Under the pieces are notes generated by a model. The model saw only the letters and a list, made by a program, of their open reading frames with translations, was not told where the DNA came from and did not search any database. The position numbers and the translations under genes are program-made. A stretch of 54,153 bases of DNA, from assembly GCA_947626055.1 (NCBI GenBank), contig CANQQP010000003.1, positions 1 to 54,153 on the forward strand, read 5' to 3'. This DNA is from an uncultured Bacilli bacterium. GTDB lineage: Bacteria; Bacillota_I; Bacilli_A; RF39; UBA660. Of the stretch, positions 1 through 10,718 are shown one piece after another (position 1 is the first letter of the stretch; the number at the start of each line of letters is the position of its first letter).

Positions 1-70
1 AAAAAACTAGAACGTACTTCTAGTTAATGTATATTACTACTCGAAGAATTTTCCGAGTTTCCTATCAATC

Positions 71-144
71 TGGAGCGGGTGATGGGAATCGAACCCACGT
101 TATCAGCTTGGAAGGCTGAAGCTCTACCATTAAACTACACCCGC
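71..144 (-). tRNA. tRNA-Gly(TCC)
   Basis: Reverse complement reads GCGGGTGTAGTTTAATGGTAGAGCTTCAGCCTTCCAAGCTGATAACGTGGGTTCGATTCCCATCACCCGCTCCA: cloverleaf, TCC anticodon, GTTCGA T-loop, encoded CCA. Confidence 0.97.
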
Positions 145-282
145 ATTTGTAATTACTTATATATTATAACATAAAAAGTTATAAATTCAACAAAAACTTC
201 GCTTCAGCCATCAATAAATGAAAAAAGTCTTATTAAAATTAGGCTTTTTATTTTTTCTTAATCCCATTATGAAAAAAGACTA

Positions 283-1275
283 TTAAAATTTTTTAACAGT
301 CCTTATCATTTGGGCAGTATAACCCATTTCATTATCATACCAAGCAACGATTTTAACTAGTTGTTTACCATCTACTTCAACTACGTTGGTCATTAATCCA
401 TCTACTAAAGCTCCACATTTCATACCAATTATATCACTCGATACAATTGGATCTTCTGTATACTTTAAAGTTTCATTTTGATTTTTCTTAAATAAATTAT
501 TAATTTCTTCTTTTGTAACATTTCTCTTAAGTTCTAAAGTAACATCAATAACAGATCCATCACTTACAGGAACTCTATATGCATTTCCATCAAGTTTGCC
601 CAATAAGCTTGGAATAACTAAGCCAATAGCACTAGCAGCTCCAGTGGTAGCCGGAACTATATTCATAGCTGCTGCTCTTCCGCGCCTTGCATATATACCT
701 TTTTTATGAGCAACATCTAAAGTTGCCTGATCGTTAGTATAAGCATGAATAGTGCTCATAAAACCTTTTTCAATTCCTATATTATCTTCTATAATTTTTA
801 AGACTGGTGCCAGACAATTAGTAGTACATGAAGCAGCGGAAATTACTTGTTCTTTACCAGTTAAAATGTCATCATTAACATTATAAACAACTGTTTTCAA
901 ATCCCCTTTGGCTGGAGCCGAAATCACTACTTTTTTAGCCCCTGCTTCAATATGTTTTAGCGCCTTTTCTAAACTCGTAAATAGACCAGTACATTCTAAA
1001 ACTGTTTCAACTCCTAATGTATCCCAAGGAATGCAAGCGGGATCCTTTTCGGAAAAAACTCTAATTTTTTTACCTTTATAAATAATATTTTTCTCATCAA
1101 ATTTGATTTCCTCGTCTAAATAACGACGATGATTAGTATCATATTTTAATAAATAAGCAAGATCTTCGGCGCTAGTCAAATCATTAATTGCTACTACCTC
1201 TAACTTATCATCTTCTAACATTTCTCGAAATGCTAGTCGGCCAATTCTCCCAAAACCATTAATTCCTACTTTCAT
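283..1275 (-). CDS. gap: Type I glyceraldehyde-3-phosphate dehydrogenase
   Basis: GINGFGRIGR, catalytic ASCTTNCLAP, WYDNE motifs. Confidence 0.97.
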   Translation of the reverse strand: MKVGINGFGRIGRLAFREMLEDDKLEVVAINDLTSAEDLAYLLKYDTNHRRYLDEEIKFDEKNIIYKGKKIRVFSEKDPACIPWDTLGVETVLECTGLFTSLEKALKHIEAGAKKVVISAPAKGDLKTVVYNVNDDILTGKEQVISAASCTTNCLAPVLKIIEDNIGIEKGFMSTIHAYTNDQATLDVAHKKGIYARRGRAAAMNIVPATTGAASAIGLVIPSLLGKLDGNAYRVPVSDGSVIDVTLELKRNVTKEEINNLFKKNQNETLKYTEDPIVSSDIIGMKCGALVDGLMTNVVEVDGKQLVKIVAWYDNEMGYTAQMIRTVKKF

Positions 1276-1293
1276 AAATATACCTTCTTTCTT

Positions 1294-2949
1294 TTATTTA
1301 AATATACTTCCACCAATAAATTCTCTTAATAACGAACTTTTCTCAACATACTCGGAAGGAATAGGATAAAAGATTTTTAAAAATTCAATTAATCTTTTAG
1401 CTTCTTCATACATATCCGATGATACAGGAACCGAATAAAGTAATGGTTCTACATATACTTTTAATACTCCTATTTCATATATTAAACTTGTATTTAGGAC
1501 ACTATCAACATCTTTCATAAAAGGAAATATAAATTCCTCTTCGCCTTTACGTACTAATTGCCAACTTTTTAAGGTTTCCTCAACATTTACAGAACGAAAC
1601 TGATTATCTCTAACTATTCGGCGAATCAAACGCAAATCTATAGTAGAAAGATGATTATGTCTATCAATAGCTAGTGGTGAAAAAGGCGAAACATATATTT
1701 TATAAATATTATTACTCGCTAAATTTTCTAATAAAGTGGGATTTAGAGCGTGATTTCCTTCCAAAATAATAATTGTTTTATCATCAATGGAGACCGCAGG
1801 AGAATTATATTCCTTTACTCCAAGACTAAAATTATATTTTGGTAAAATGACTTTTTCATGATTTACTAATTTTGTTAAATGTTTATTTAATAATTTAGTA
1901 TCTAAAAGTTTAATAGATTCAAAATCATGGTTTTTGACAACATCACGAGGCATCTGTGATTGATTTAAATAATAATCATCTAAAGAAATAGTAAATATCT
2001 TTAATCCATAGGCTTTTAAAGCTAAAGCTAGTTTCCTACTAGTCGTAGTTTTACCGGAAGAAGAAGGCCCGGCCATTAATACTAACTTAACATTTTCTCT
2101 AGTATAAATTTTTTCTGCTTCTTTCAAAATATTCTTTTGTAAATATAACTCATTAGTTCTAATAAAATCAGCAATCGTATTATGCGAAACCATCTTATTA
2201 ACATCAGCTACATAGGAAATATTTAAAGATGATATCCATTTTTTATATTCCGAAAAAGCACGCATATTTAAAGGATAATGATTGTATTTAGGTATTTCAT
2301 AATCGGCAGATATTACCGGAAATAGTAAAACAAATTTATTAGTACCTAGATAAACAATATCAAATTTATTTATACATTTAGTAGAATAAGGCATTTCGGT
2401 ATAAAAATAATTGTAATTATCTTTCAACTTATACATTACAACAAATTTATCTAAGACACCCTGAATAATTCGCGCTTTTTCTAATTCGTTAACATTTTGA
2501 TAATAATTTATAGCATCCTTTTTAGTAACGTTTATTTTTTTAAAAGGCAAATCAGCATTAATTATTTGCTTCATTTTTCTTTTTATTTTCTTTAAATCCT
2601 CATCATCTAAAATACAGTCATGTCTTATTGTAAAACAGATACCTTTATCAATTGAATGTTCAAAAAAAACTTGGGTACTTTTACCATATAATTCATTAAT
2701 AGCGACGATTAAAATATGTTTTAATCCACTTTTATAAATTTTATTACCATCTAAATCATTAGCATATAAAAATTCAATTTTTGAATTATCTTTAAGCTTT
2801 TCGTCATAACTAACGATTTCATTATTTATTTTTACTCCAATCACTGGATATTCACGTGAATTATTTTCCGCAATAAATTCTGTTAAATCAAGATTGGGAT
2901 TTATATATAATTTTTGATTTTCAAAATAGACTTTGATTTTATCCTTCAT
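1294..2949 (-). CDS. Nucleoside (uridine) kinase with N-terminal TGS/ThrRS-like domain
   Basis: P-loop AGPSSSGKTT, SLDDYY, RRIVRD..FR, about 550 aa architecture. Confidence 0.85.
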   Translation of the reverse strand: MKDKIKVYFENQKLYINPNLDLTEFIAENNSREYPVIGVKINNEIVSYDEKLKDNSKIEFLYANDLDGNKIYKSGLKHILIVAINELYGKSTQVFFEHSIDKGICFTIRHDCILDDEDLKKIKRKMKQIINADLPFKKINVTKKDAINYYQNVNELEKARIIQGVLDKFVVMYKLKDNYNYFYTEMPYSTKCINKFDIVYLGTNKFVLLFPVISADYEIPKYNHYPLNMRAFSEYKKWISSLNISYVADVNKMVSHNTIADFIRTNELYLQKNILKEAEKIYTRENVKLVLMAGPSSSGKTTTSRKLALALKAYGLKIFTISLDDYYLNQSQMPRDVVKNHDFESIKLLDTKLLNKHLTKLVNHEKVILPKYNFSLGVKEYNSPAVSIDDKTIIILEGNHALNPTLLENLASNNIYKIYVSPFSPLAIDRHNHLSTIDLRLIRRIVRDNQFRSVNVEETLKSWQLVRKGEEEFIFPFMKDVDSVLNTSLIYEIGVLKVYVEPLLYSVPVSSDMYEEAKRLIEFLKIFYPIPSEYVEKSSLLREFIGGSIFK

Positions 2950-3074
2950 ATAACGCCTCTTTATTCTCTTATAATTTTATCAAATATATCTTTTTTTGAC
3001 AATTCATTTTTTTGTAATATTTTGTTGGTTTCTTTTAGTTATAAATCCGAGAAATATTACTAAATTAATATTAG

Positions 3075-3653
3075 GTGATTATTTTGAATTTAATTCCATA
3101 TGTCGTTGAACGTAATTTTAATAGTGAACGCAGTTATGATTTATATTCGCGCATGCTAAAAGATCGAATCGTTTTCTTAACGGGTGAAATTACTGATGAA
3201 AGTGCCAGTATTATTGTTTCTGAACTTTTATATTTAGATTCTTTAAATAATGAAGAAATTTGTTTATATATAAATAGTCCGGGTGGTAGTGTAACCGCCG
3301 GTTTTAGTATTTATGATACAATTAATTTTATTAAGAGTGATGTTAAAACAATTGTGATTGGCATGGCCGCATCGATGGCAGCTTTCTTATGTGCTAGTGG
3401 AACTAAAGGTAAACGCTGTGCTTTAAAAAATTCAGAAATCATGATTCATCAACCTTTAGGAGGAGCCCAAGGGCAAGCAACCGAAATCCAGATAGCAGCC
3501 GAAAGAATCATTAAATTAAAAGATAAGTTAAATCATATGCTCGCTACTTTAACTGGCCAAGATTTAAAAACAATTAAAAATGATACCGAAAGAGATAATT
3601 ATATGGATGCCCAAAGTGCTTTAGACTACGGCTTAATTGATGTCATTTTGTGA
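3075..3653 (+). CDS. clpP: ATP-dependent Clp protease proteolytic subunit
   Basis: [24 protein letters not shown]; real start may be TTG at 3084. Confidence 0.96.
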   Translation: MIILNLIPYVVERNFNSERSYDLYSRMLKDRIVFLTGEITDESASIIVSELLYLDSLNNEEICLYINSPGGSVTAGFSIYDTINFIKSDVKTIVIGMAASMAAFLCASGTKGKRCALKNSEIMIHQPLGGAQGQATEIQIAAERIIKLKDKLNHMLATLTGQDLKTIKNDTERDNYMDAQSALDYGLIDVIL

Positions 3654-4577
3654 GGCTTTGGCTTGATGTCTTTTTACTAAATCACGCATTTTAATAAAAC
3701 AATGATTAACCCCTGATTTACCAATAGGTTTACCAGTTTCACTACTAATTATTTCCGCAAGTTCTAAAAAAGAGACATCGGGATATTTTTCGCGATATTT
3801 TATAACATCTTTAGTTCGTTCATCTAGAAGATCTATTAAATTATGTTCTTTTAAATAATTAATATTTTCTATCTGAACCATTCCGGTTTTAATAGTCTTT
3901 TCTTGATTGGCTAACTCACAATTATTTAAACGATTAACCATATTTTTATGATCGCGATATATTCTAATATCTTCAAAATAAAATAAAGAATTAATAGCAT
4001 TAAACATTTTAATAATATCACTTATATTCTCTGCACTTTTAAGATAAATCATATACCGATTATTTCTTTTTAATATTTTCGTTGGAATATCTAATTCTTT
4101 TAAAATCTTACTAAAATATATGGCATCTTTTTTTGCATGCACAACAAATTCCATATGATAGCCACTTACTTTAGGATCGTTGACGCTACCACATGCTAAA
4201 AATAACCCTTGAATAAAAGCAATTTTATCTTCTTTGTTTTCTAATAAATACTCCTCAGGAGCTATTTTTTTATTATTCTTAAATATACAAAGATCTTCTA
4301 AAATAAAGGGTACTTGATCTTTTATTTCTAATATATATATTTGCTTTGTCCTAAATCTTTTTTGAATACGCACGGTAACATATATATTGACATGATAGAG
4401 ATTTTTGATTATTTTGTACATTCTTCGCGCCACGGAAGCATTTTCCATAACCAATTCGATTTTTTCTTTATCATATTTACCATCATATCTAATAAAAGCC
4501 GATAATTCACTTCTAACAGTTACATAGTCAAATGGAAGTTTCGAAATTTCTTCTTTAATTCGAGTCGTAAAAGTCAT
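3633..4577 (-). CDS. whiA: DNA-binding protein WhiA
   Basis: GSVNDP..YH.E, NRLNNCE.AN, KSGVNH motifs; follows yvcK. Confidence 0.93.
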   Translation of the reverse strand: MTFTTRIKEEISKLPFDYVTVRSELSAFIRYDGKYDKEKIELVMENASVARRMYKIIKNLYHVNIYVTVRIQKRFRTKQIYILEIKDQVPFILEDLCIFKNNKKIAPEEYLLENKEDKIAFIQGLFLACGSVNDPKVSGYHMEFVVHAKKDAIYFSKILKELDIPTKILKRNNRYMIYLKSAENISDIIKMFNAINSLFYFEDIRIYRDHKNMVNRLNNCELANQEKTIKTGMVQIENINYLKEHNLIDLLDERTKDVIKYREKYPDVSFLELAEIISSETGKPIGKSGVNHCFIKMRDLVKRHQAKASQNDIN

Positions 4578-5536
4578 ACTAATTCATCCATTAAATAAGA
4601 AAATATTAGATAAGCCGTTTTTAAACTATCATGTCTTAAAACATTATCTTCTATTTTATATATTTTATCTTCAATTAATTTTACTCCCATTTTTTCGACT
4701 GTCTTTTTATCTAAGATTACAGGATCTTTTTGCTCTTCCGTAGCATATTTTTTGACTAAATAAGCGGACATTTTACTATTATTAGCAATAATTGCATCTA
4801 GTCCACCCTCTCCTAAATATTTTTGAAAAACCTTAATATGATCACTGACTTTAAAATTATCGGTTTCACCTGGTTGAGTAACCAGATTACAGACGTATAA
4901 AGTTTTAGCATGGGAAGCATTTATCGCCTTTTGGATTTCTTCTAAAACAATATGGGGCATAACACTTGTATATAAACTTCCACAAGAAAAAATAATTAAA
5001 TCGGCTTTATTTAAAGCTTTAAAGATTTCGGGATTAATTTTAAATTTTTTATCATAAAATATCTCATCAATTTTCGTTTTAGCTTCCGTAATTTGGCTTT
5101 CACCAATGATATATTCACCATATTCAGTTTTGCCGATTAAATCCACTGCTTCTTCAGTTAAAGGTAATACTGTACCCTGAATATTAAACAATTTACACAA
5201 AATAGGAATGGAATGGGCAAAATCACCCTTAATATCTAGTAAAGCTGTTAATAATAAATTTTTAATCGAATGGTTCGCTAATTTAGAATTTTTAGCAAAA
5301 CGATAATTTAATAGTTCCGTATTATCAGCATCAGTATTAGCCATGGATAAAAGCACTTTCGAAATGTCACCGACCGCTGGAATATCAAACTCTTTCCGTA
5401 GGTCGCCTGTACTACGACCATTATCAGCAACACTTACAACTGCTGTTACATTTACAGGAAACAACTTTAAGCCTTTTAGTAGTTGAGAAAGTCCACTTCC
5501 CCCGCCGAAGATAACAATGTTCTTCATCTTTATCAC
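4574..5536 (-). CDS. yvcK: YvcK/GlmR family UDP-GlcNAc-binding protein
   Basis: GGGSGLS, VADNGRSTG, GSLYTS, NLVTQPGET, RHD motifs. Confidence 0.92.
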   Translation of the reverse strand: MIKMKNIVIFGGGSGLSQLLKGLKLFPVNVTAVVSVADNGRSTGDLRKEFDIPAVGDISKVLLSMANTDADNTELLNYRFAKNSKLANHSIKNLLLTALLDIKGDFAHSIPILCKLFNIQGTVLPLTEEAVDLIGKTEYGEYIIGESQITEAKTKIDEIFYDKKFKINPEIFKALNKADLIIFSCGSLYTSVMPHIVLEEIQKAINASHAKTLYVCNLVTQPGETDNFKVSDHIKVFQKYLGEGGLDAIIANNSKMSAYLVKKYATEEQKDPVILDKKTVEKMGVKLIEDKIYKIEDNVLRHDSLKTAYLIFSYLMDELV

Positions 5537-5589
5537 CTACTTAAATATATGATAACATACTTCCTATTTTGTTGCTAGAATTAAAGAAC

Positions 5590-6633
5590 TTAATTTATTT
5601 TATACGGATTATTAAGAGTCCCATCCCCCGCAATTAAAGGAGTATCCTTTTTTAAATTAATTACAGGATAAACATCTAAGTTAGAACCAATTTTATAATC
5701 AGCTCCATTATTGATATAAACAGAATTTTCGGACTTAGAAGACATGGTCCACCAAGTTTTAGTCATATCTAGATAAGTTTCTTGATTATTTATTTTACTT
5801 AATTCTACTTCATCTTTAGTCAGTAAGCCAATTTTTAAATTAACATTAGTTGAGGAACAATTTAAACTATCAGTGCCATTTTCATTCGAATTATTACAGA
5901 ACAATCCTGCCTCGAGATATTTTTCGTAATCTTTTAAATTTTTAGTATAAAAATCATTTAGATAATTTTGAATACTATCGGCACTATTGGAATCAGTTAT
6001 ACTATAAATAGATTGCCCAATTGTTTCATTAGTAATTAATCTGATAGTTTGATCCCCATTAATACGCACAACACGCCATAAAATATTAGCAAAAGAAACA
6101 TAGTTATTATCCACATTGCCTTTATAGTATAAAGACTCTCCTAAATCATCAGTAGTAACATATAGCCCTTTATTTTTCGTCGCTATTTGTTCATTACTTA
6201 TCTTAGTGGCTAAGCCTAATTCATTTAATTTAAAATTAATTGTACACTCCGTATTTTTAGTAGCTCTTATAGTTAAATGATTTTGGCCACTTTCAAAAGA
6301 AGCTTTTTGATTATTCGTACAACTTAAATTGTCATAAACATAGCCATTATTAGGCTCTATCGTAATACTAGTTAAGGCATTATAACTCGCTTGAACCTCA
6401 GCTTTAGCTGTATATCCGTTATTAACAACTAAACTAATTTTAATTTTTTGCTCTTCCGGAGAGTTTTTACTGGCAAGTTTAACTACAGAGTAGGTAAGAA
6501 TTATGCCAATAGTTAGGATACATATTCCAATAATTATCGATATTCCTACTTTTAAACTTCCTAAATACTTTTGCAATTTTTGTAATTCTTTTTCCGCATC
6601 AAAACTTCTTTTTGCCATAACTCGCCCTCTCAT
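5590..6633 (-). CDS. Membrane-anchored surface protein with C-terminal DUF6273/C-type-lectin-like domain
   Basis: N-terminal TM; YYKGNVDNNYVSFANILWRVVRINGDQTIRLI ... WWTMS ... VYPVINL ... G.GT..NPY shared with 20438-21916 and 32551-33729. Confidence 0.7.
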   Translation of the reverse strand: MRGRVMAKRSFDAEKELQKLQKYLGSLKVGISIIIGICILTIGIILTYSVVKLASKNSPEEQKIKISLVVNNGYTAKAEVQASYNALTSITIEPNNGYVYDNLSCTNNQKASFESGQNHLTIRATKNTECTINFKLNELGLATKISNEQIATKNKGLYVTTDDLGESLYYKGNVDNNYVSFANILWRVVRINGDQTIRLITNETIGQSIYSITDSNSADSIQNYLNDFYTKNLKDYEKYLEAGLFCNNSNENGTDSLNCSSTNVNLKIGLLTKDEVELSKINNQETYLDMTKTWWTMSSKSENSVYINNGADYKIGSNLDVYPVINLKKDTPLIAGDGTLNNPYKIN

Positions 6634-6684
6634 TCTATTATTATTTTACAATATAAAAAGAGGATTGTAAAATAAAAAGAAATG

Positions 6685-7683
6685 CTACTTTTCTAAAGCA
6701 ACATTTCCTAATGATTGCGCGATGGTCATAAGTTCATCACTAGCCAAATTACTACTTGTTAAATAATATTCTACATTATCAGATGTCCAAGTTAAGGAAT
6801 TATTTGATAAGGCCGCAACAGAATCGGTAAGTAATAAAGGATCTCCAGCTACAGGAATTATTTCAAATTCTTTAGAGGCTGTCGCTGCTTCTTCGACTAA
6901 AATAAATGATTTGTCGCCTTTAAAGGTTAAGATGGTTCTATCAGTTTGTTCATCTGTTATTTTATCTTCACTTTTTAAATAGGTATTGGCAGGAACATAT
7001 AAAGGATAGATAGCTTCTTCTAAAGCGGTAGTTTCTTTTTCAACTTCTTGTTTTTCTTCTGTTTCATCAATTAAAGTATTTAATTTAAAATAATCATCTT
7101 TATATTTTGCTTTATAATCAATATTTTTAATAGTTACTTTTATTTTGACATTTTTATTTGTATCATACACCATAACTTTTTCTAAATTCATATCTTTATC
7201 GAAAGTTAATTCTTGATTAACTAACGCTTTATTATGAGGATAGTTGACTAAACAAGATATGATATATTTGCCTTTTTCTTCTTTTAATGTGGCTTTATCA
7301 TCATTTACGACATCATTAACTAAGGATTCTAAAATATAGGATTGAGAACTATTGGCAGGCCATTGACTTTCAAATTTAAAACTTTTATTTAAACTTGGCG
7401 TAACGACATAAACATTACCTTCATCTTTTAAAATAATTTGCTCGTGGTCATTATTTTGATTGATCATACTAACTTTATAGTTATCATCTTTTTGATAATT
7501 AACCGTTATATCATACTTAAAAGTATCTTCGTTATTATAAATTTCCATAGTACCCTTAAGTTCGTAACCTTTAGATGAGTTTACTTTGTCTTTAAATTCC
7601 TCTTTCGCTTTTGAAATATCGAATTTTCCACAACCACTAACTAAAAGAAGAACAAACATACTTAAGAATATTATTTTTTTCAT
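6685..7683 (-). CDS. ydcC: LolA-like sporulation lipoprotein (B. subtilis YdcC family)
   Basis: Lipobox LVSGC; VYVVTPSLNKSFKFESQWPANSSQSYILESLV closely resembles YdcC as recalled. Confidence 0.8.
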   Translation of the reverse strand: MKKIIFLSMFVLLLVSGCGKFDISKAKEEFKDKVNSSKGYELKGTMEIYNNEDTFKYDITVNYQKDDNYKVSMINQNNDHEQIILKDEGNVYVVTPSLNKSFKFESQWPANSSQSYILESLVNDVVNDDKATLKEEKGKYIISCLVNYPHNKALVNQELTFDKDMNLEKVMVYDTNKNVKIKVTIKNIDYKAKYKDDYFKLNTLIDETEEKQEVEKETTALEEAIYPLYVPANTYLKSEDKITDEQTDRTILTFKGDKSFILVEEAATASKEFEIIPVAGDPLLLTDSVAALSNNSLTWTSDNVEYYLTSSNLASDELMTIAQSLGNVALEK

Positions 7684-7775
7684 TACATCACTTTCCTTTT
7701 CTAGTTAAGTATATTTTTAATAAATTTAATTATTCATGTATATTAACTAAAAAGAGGAACATAATAAAAATAGAA

Positions 7776-7988
7776 ATGAGGATGATTATGGAAACAATAC
7801 AAAAAATTGCCTTAGCATTAAATATTGTTGGGGGCTTAAACTGGGCCTTAGTTGGTTTATTTGATTTTAATCTTGTCTCAGCTGTATTTGGTGCCGATTC
7901 GGTATTAGCAAATGTCATATATGTACTTATTGGTATTTGTGCCGCAATTAATATAGGTATTTTATTTATGCATCTAGAAAGCGAATAG
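7776..7988 (+). CDS. DUF378 (YuzA-like) small membrane protein
   Basis: IVGGLNWALVGLFDFNLV..IYVLIG signature. Confidence 0.85.
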   Translation: MRMIMETIQKIALALNIVGGLNWALVGLFDFNLVSAVFGADSVLANVIYVLIGICAAINIGILFMHLESE

Positions 7989-8014
7989 ACAACTAGAAAC
8001 CTAGTTGTCTATTT

Positions 8015-9370
8015 TTATTTGGCAGATACAATAATAGTAATCTGTTTATTGGAAATATATTGAACTTTTGGATCTGTTCCTTCGACAGTAACTGTTACTT
8101 GATGTTCGCCTTCACCATAGCCACTTAAGTCAACATAGGCTGTAATAGAGGCTGGATCTAATGCTTCCAGATTTTCACTTGTACCTTTGGCAATAACAGA
8201 TATCTGCGCGTCATCACGCGATTTAGCATTAACATTGTAGTTAGATGACAGATTGCGCCATTGAACATTGATACCATCAATAGTTTTTTGCGTCTCTTCA
8301 CCAAACTTAACAGTTATCGTTGCTGTTGAAGCACTCATTGATCGAACTCCGTTTGGTTTATTAATTGTTACATTGTAAGTTTTTTCATCACTTAAACTAT
8401 TTACATCAATTGTAACAGGTACATAAGTAATATTTTCTAAAGCACTTTGCTCACCATAGATTGTTACTTTCGAAACACTACTATTAATTTCGGAAATAGC
8501 CCGACCAGTTTTTGGAGTACCAGTAGTTAAAACTCGTAATGGTACTTCTGTTGAATAAGATTCTAACTTAACAACAGCCGTAACTTTTTCGGGAACGATT
8601 TCTACGTTTTTAACAATTTTTCCTTCAGCATCGTAAGCTACTAAAGGCACATTATCAATGGTGTAGTCACCTTTTTCTTTAAATTCATCTTTACTTAAAT
8701 CAATTAAAGCCCGAACTGTGGCTACTTTAGAAAGAGTATCTTCAGCGCCTTTTATAACGACTTCGGTACGATCTAAAGTGACACTTGCCACACTTAATTT
8801 TTGATCAAGCTTATCTTCATTTAGTAAATCGTAAGAAACAGTTTTTAAAGTACTTATCTTTTCTTTTATTACGACTAAAACGGTCGATGGATCTAATTTA
8901 TAATTTAAAGAGTCAATGGATTGATTATAAGTTAAACGGACACGATGTTCTCCAACTCCATATTTAGTTAAATCCAATTTTACTTCATGTTCTCCTAATT
9001 GTTTTGCTAAATATAAATCGCTTTTTCGACCGATTAAGGTAACATCGACAGTTTCGGGAATACCTTCAACAACATAGGCTTCTTTATTATATTCGGCAAC
9101 AACCGGTTGATCGGCTAAAACTTCTGCTTCAGTTTGCACCAAAGTAATAACCCGCGAGTCAACTAAGAAGAAAATAGCCACCGCAAAGATTAGAGATAAA
9201 TAAATTAAAGTAAATGGTTTATTAAGAATTTTATCTAATTTATTATTACTACTTTTTAATCTTTTATTTAAACGATAAACTACTCTACTTATCGGAGTTA
9301 TGAGTACTTTATCTAATCCCGCATAGATTAAATGGAAGAAAGCTTTGATTACTTCAATTACTTTATGCAT
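8015..9370 (-). CDS. cdaR: CdaR/YbbR-repeat diadenylate cyclase regulator
   Basis: TM plus YbbR-like repeats directly after cdaA; start re-placed at MHKVIE (9370) with GGTGAGG RBS. Confidence 0.88.
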   Translation of the reverse strand: MHKVIEVIKAFFHLIYAGLDKVLITPISRVVYRLNKRLKSSNNKLDKILNKPFTLIYLSLIFAVAIFFLVDSRVITLVQTEAEVLADQPVVAEYNKEAYVVEGIPETVDVTLIGRKSDLYLAKQLGEHEVKLDLTKYGVGEHRVRLTYNQSIDSLNYKLDPSTVLVVIKEKISTLKTVSYDLLNEDKLDQKLSVASVTLDRTEVVIKGAEDTLSKVATVRALIDLSKDEFKEKGDYTIDNVPLVAYDAEGKIVKNVEIVPEKVTAVVKLESYSTEVPLRVLTTGTPKTGRAISEINSSVSKVTIYGEQSALENITYVPVTIDVNSLSDEKTYNVTINKPNGVRSMSASTATITVKFGEETQKTIDGINVQWRNLSSNYNVNAKSRDDAQISVIAKGTSENLEALDPASITAYVDLSGYGEGEHQVTVTVEGTDPKVQYISNKQITIIVSAK

Positions 9371-10193
9371 TTTCCTCACCTGCACTTTCTTCATCATCAT
9401 CTTCATCAGCATCATAGAACATTTCGGTTTTTGGTTTTAATTCATCAATTAAAGTCATTTTGAAATCATCTAAAGTTAAATTATATTTCATATTACCATC
9501 AACAGCAATACTGATGCGACCAGTTTCTTCAGAAACAATTAAAGCAATGGCATCAGTTTCTTCGGCCACTCCTAACGCCGCTCTATGACGCGTACCTAGA
9601 CGTTTACTTAAAGTAGGATCCATACTCGTTTTAAATACTGATCCTGCACAAGTTATTCTATCCCCTTGAATAATGACACCACCATCATGTAACGGATTAT
9701 TAGGGAAGAATATTGTTCCTAGTAAAGCACTAGAAACATCAGCATAAATCTTTGTAGCTGGATCAATATATTCTTGTAAAGAAATATCTCTTTCAATAAC
9801 AATTAAAGCGCCAATACGATTTTTCTTTAAATATTCAATAGCGTCCATGATTTCATAAACAACGCGTTCTCTTTCATCAACAGTTAAAATTTTATGACGT
9901 CCTAATAAATTAGTACGACCAATCGATTCTAAGACATTACGAATTTCGGGTTGAAAAATAATAATTAAAGCTAACGGTCCCCAAGATAGAACATATTCTA
10001 GTAATAAACCAACAGTATATAAATCTAAAAGGGAACTAATTAGTTTAATAACTAATATTAAAATTACACCCTTAACAATTAAAACCATTTTTATATTATT
10101 TTTTACATTTTTTAAAATAAAATAAAACATTAACCAGACAATAGAAATATCAAGTATTTTTGTAATAATCGACCATAAAGTTGTTAATGTCAT
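9363..10193 (-). CDS. cdaA: Diadenylate cyclase CdaA
   Basis: Three N-terminal TMs, IIFQPEIR, PLHDGG, GTRHRAA. Confidence 0.96.
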   Translation of the reverse strand: MTLTTLWSIITKILDISIVWLMFYFILKNVKNNIKMVLIVKGVILILVIKLISSLLDLYTVGLLLEYVLSWGPLALIIIFQPEIRNVLESIGRTNLLGRHKILTVDERERVVYEIMDAIEYLKKNRIGALIVIERDISLQEYIDPATKIYADVSSALLGTIFFPNNPLHDGGVIIQGDRITCAGSVFKTSMDPTLSKRLGTRHRAALGVAEETDAIALIVSEETGRISIAVDGNMKYNLTLDDFKMTLIDELKPKTEMFYDADEDDDEESAGEENA

Positions 10194-10297
10194 AAATTCA
10201 CTCCCTTTTATCTACTATTTAAAGTATACCAAATTATATTACTTTTTGCTACCGCTAAATTGTTTTTTTACGGCATTTTAAAAGCTAGTTACCTAGC

Positions 10298-10684
10298 TTA
10301 CTTATTTTCATTATTCTCATCTTTCATTAAAGGCATATCATATCCATCATTATTAGGAGTTATTTCAATAGGTGCACTCACAACTTCCTTGTTATTAACT
10401 TCTAATTTTTCGGTTTGTTGTTCTTGCTCTTGTCTCATCGCCTCTTCGACAGTTGGCGTATTATCTTCTATTATATCTTCTTTTTTACCTTTTTTATCTT
10501 TCTTCTCTTTTTTCTTTTTTTCTTTTTTAGGTTTAGGCTCTTTAGGTACTACCTCTTTATCCTTAGGTTCTTTTGGTAATTTACTAGTATCGACAAGATA
10601 ACCTATTAAAGCAAATAATAGAACCCCTGATATAACTAAGAACCAAATGTAATTATCAATAAGAAAATTTATAAATACTTCCAT
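10298..10684 (-). CDS. Hypothetical membrane protein with Lys/Glu-rich tail
   Basis: AGGAGG RBS, N-terminal TM, charged low-complexity C-terminus. Confidence 0.7.
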   Translation of the reverse strand: MEVFINFLIDNYIWFLVISGVLLFALIGYLVDTSKLPKEPKDKEVVPKEPKPKKEKKKKEKKDKKGKKEDIIEDNTPTVEEAMRQEQEQQTEKLEVNNKEVVSAPIEITPNNDGYDMPLMKDENNENK

Positions 10685-10718
10685 ACATACCTCCTAGTTA
10701 ATTTTATTCTTTTTTATT

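Noticed and set aside
10260-10601. This and other antisense or alternative-frame ORFs (e.g. 11719, 12005, 17336, 20878, 22231, 23783, 50993, 52144, 53844)
   Set aside because: Fully overlap well-supported genes and show no independent motifs.
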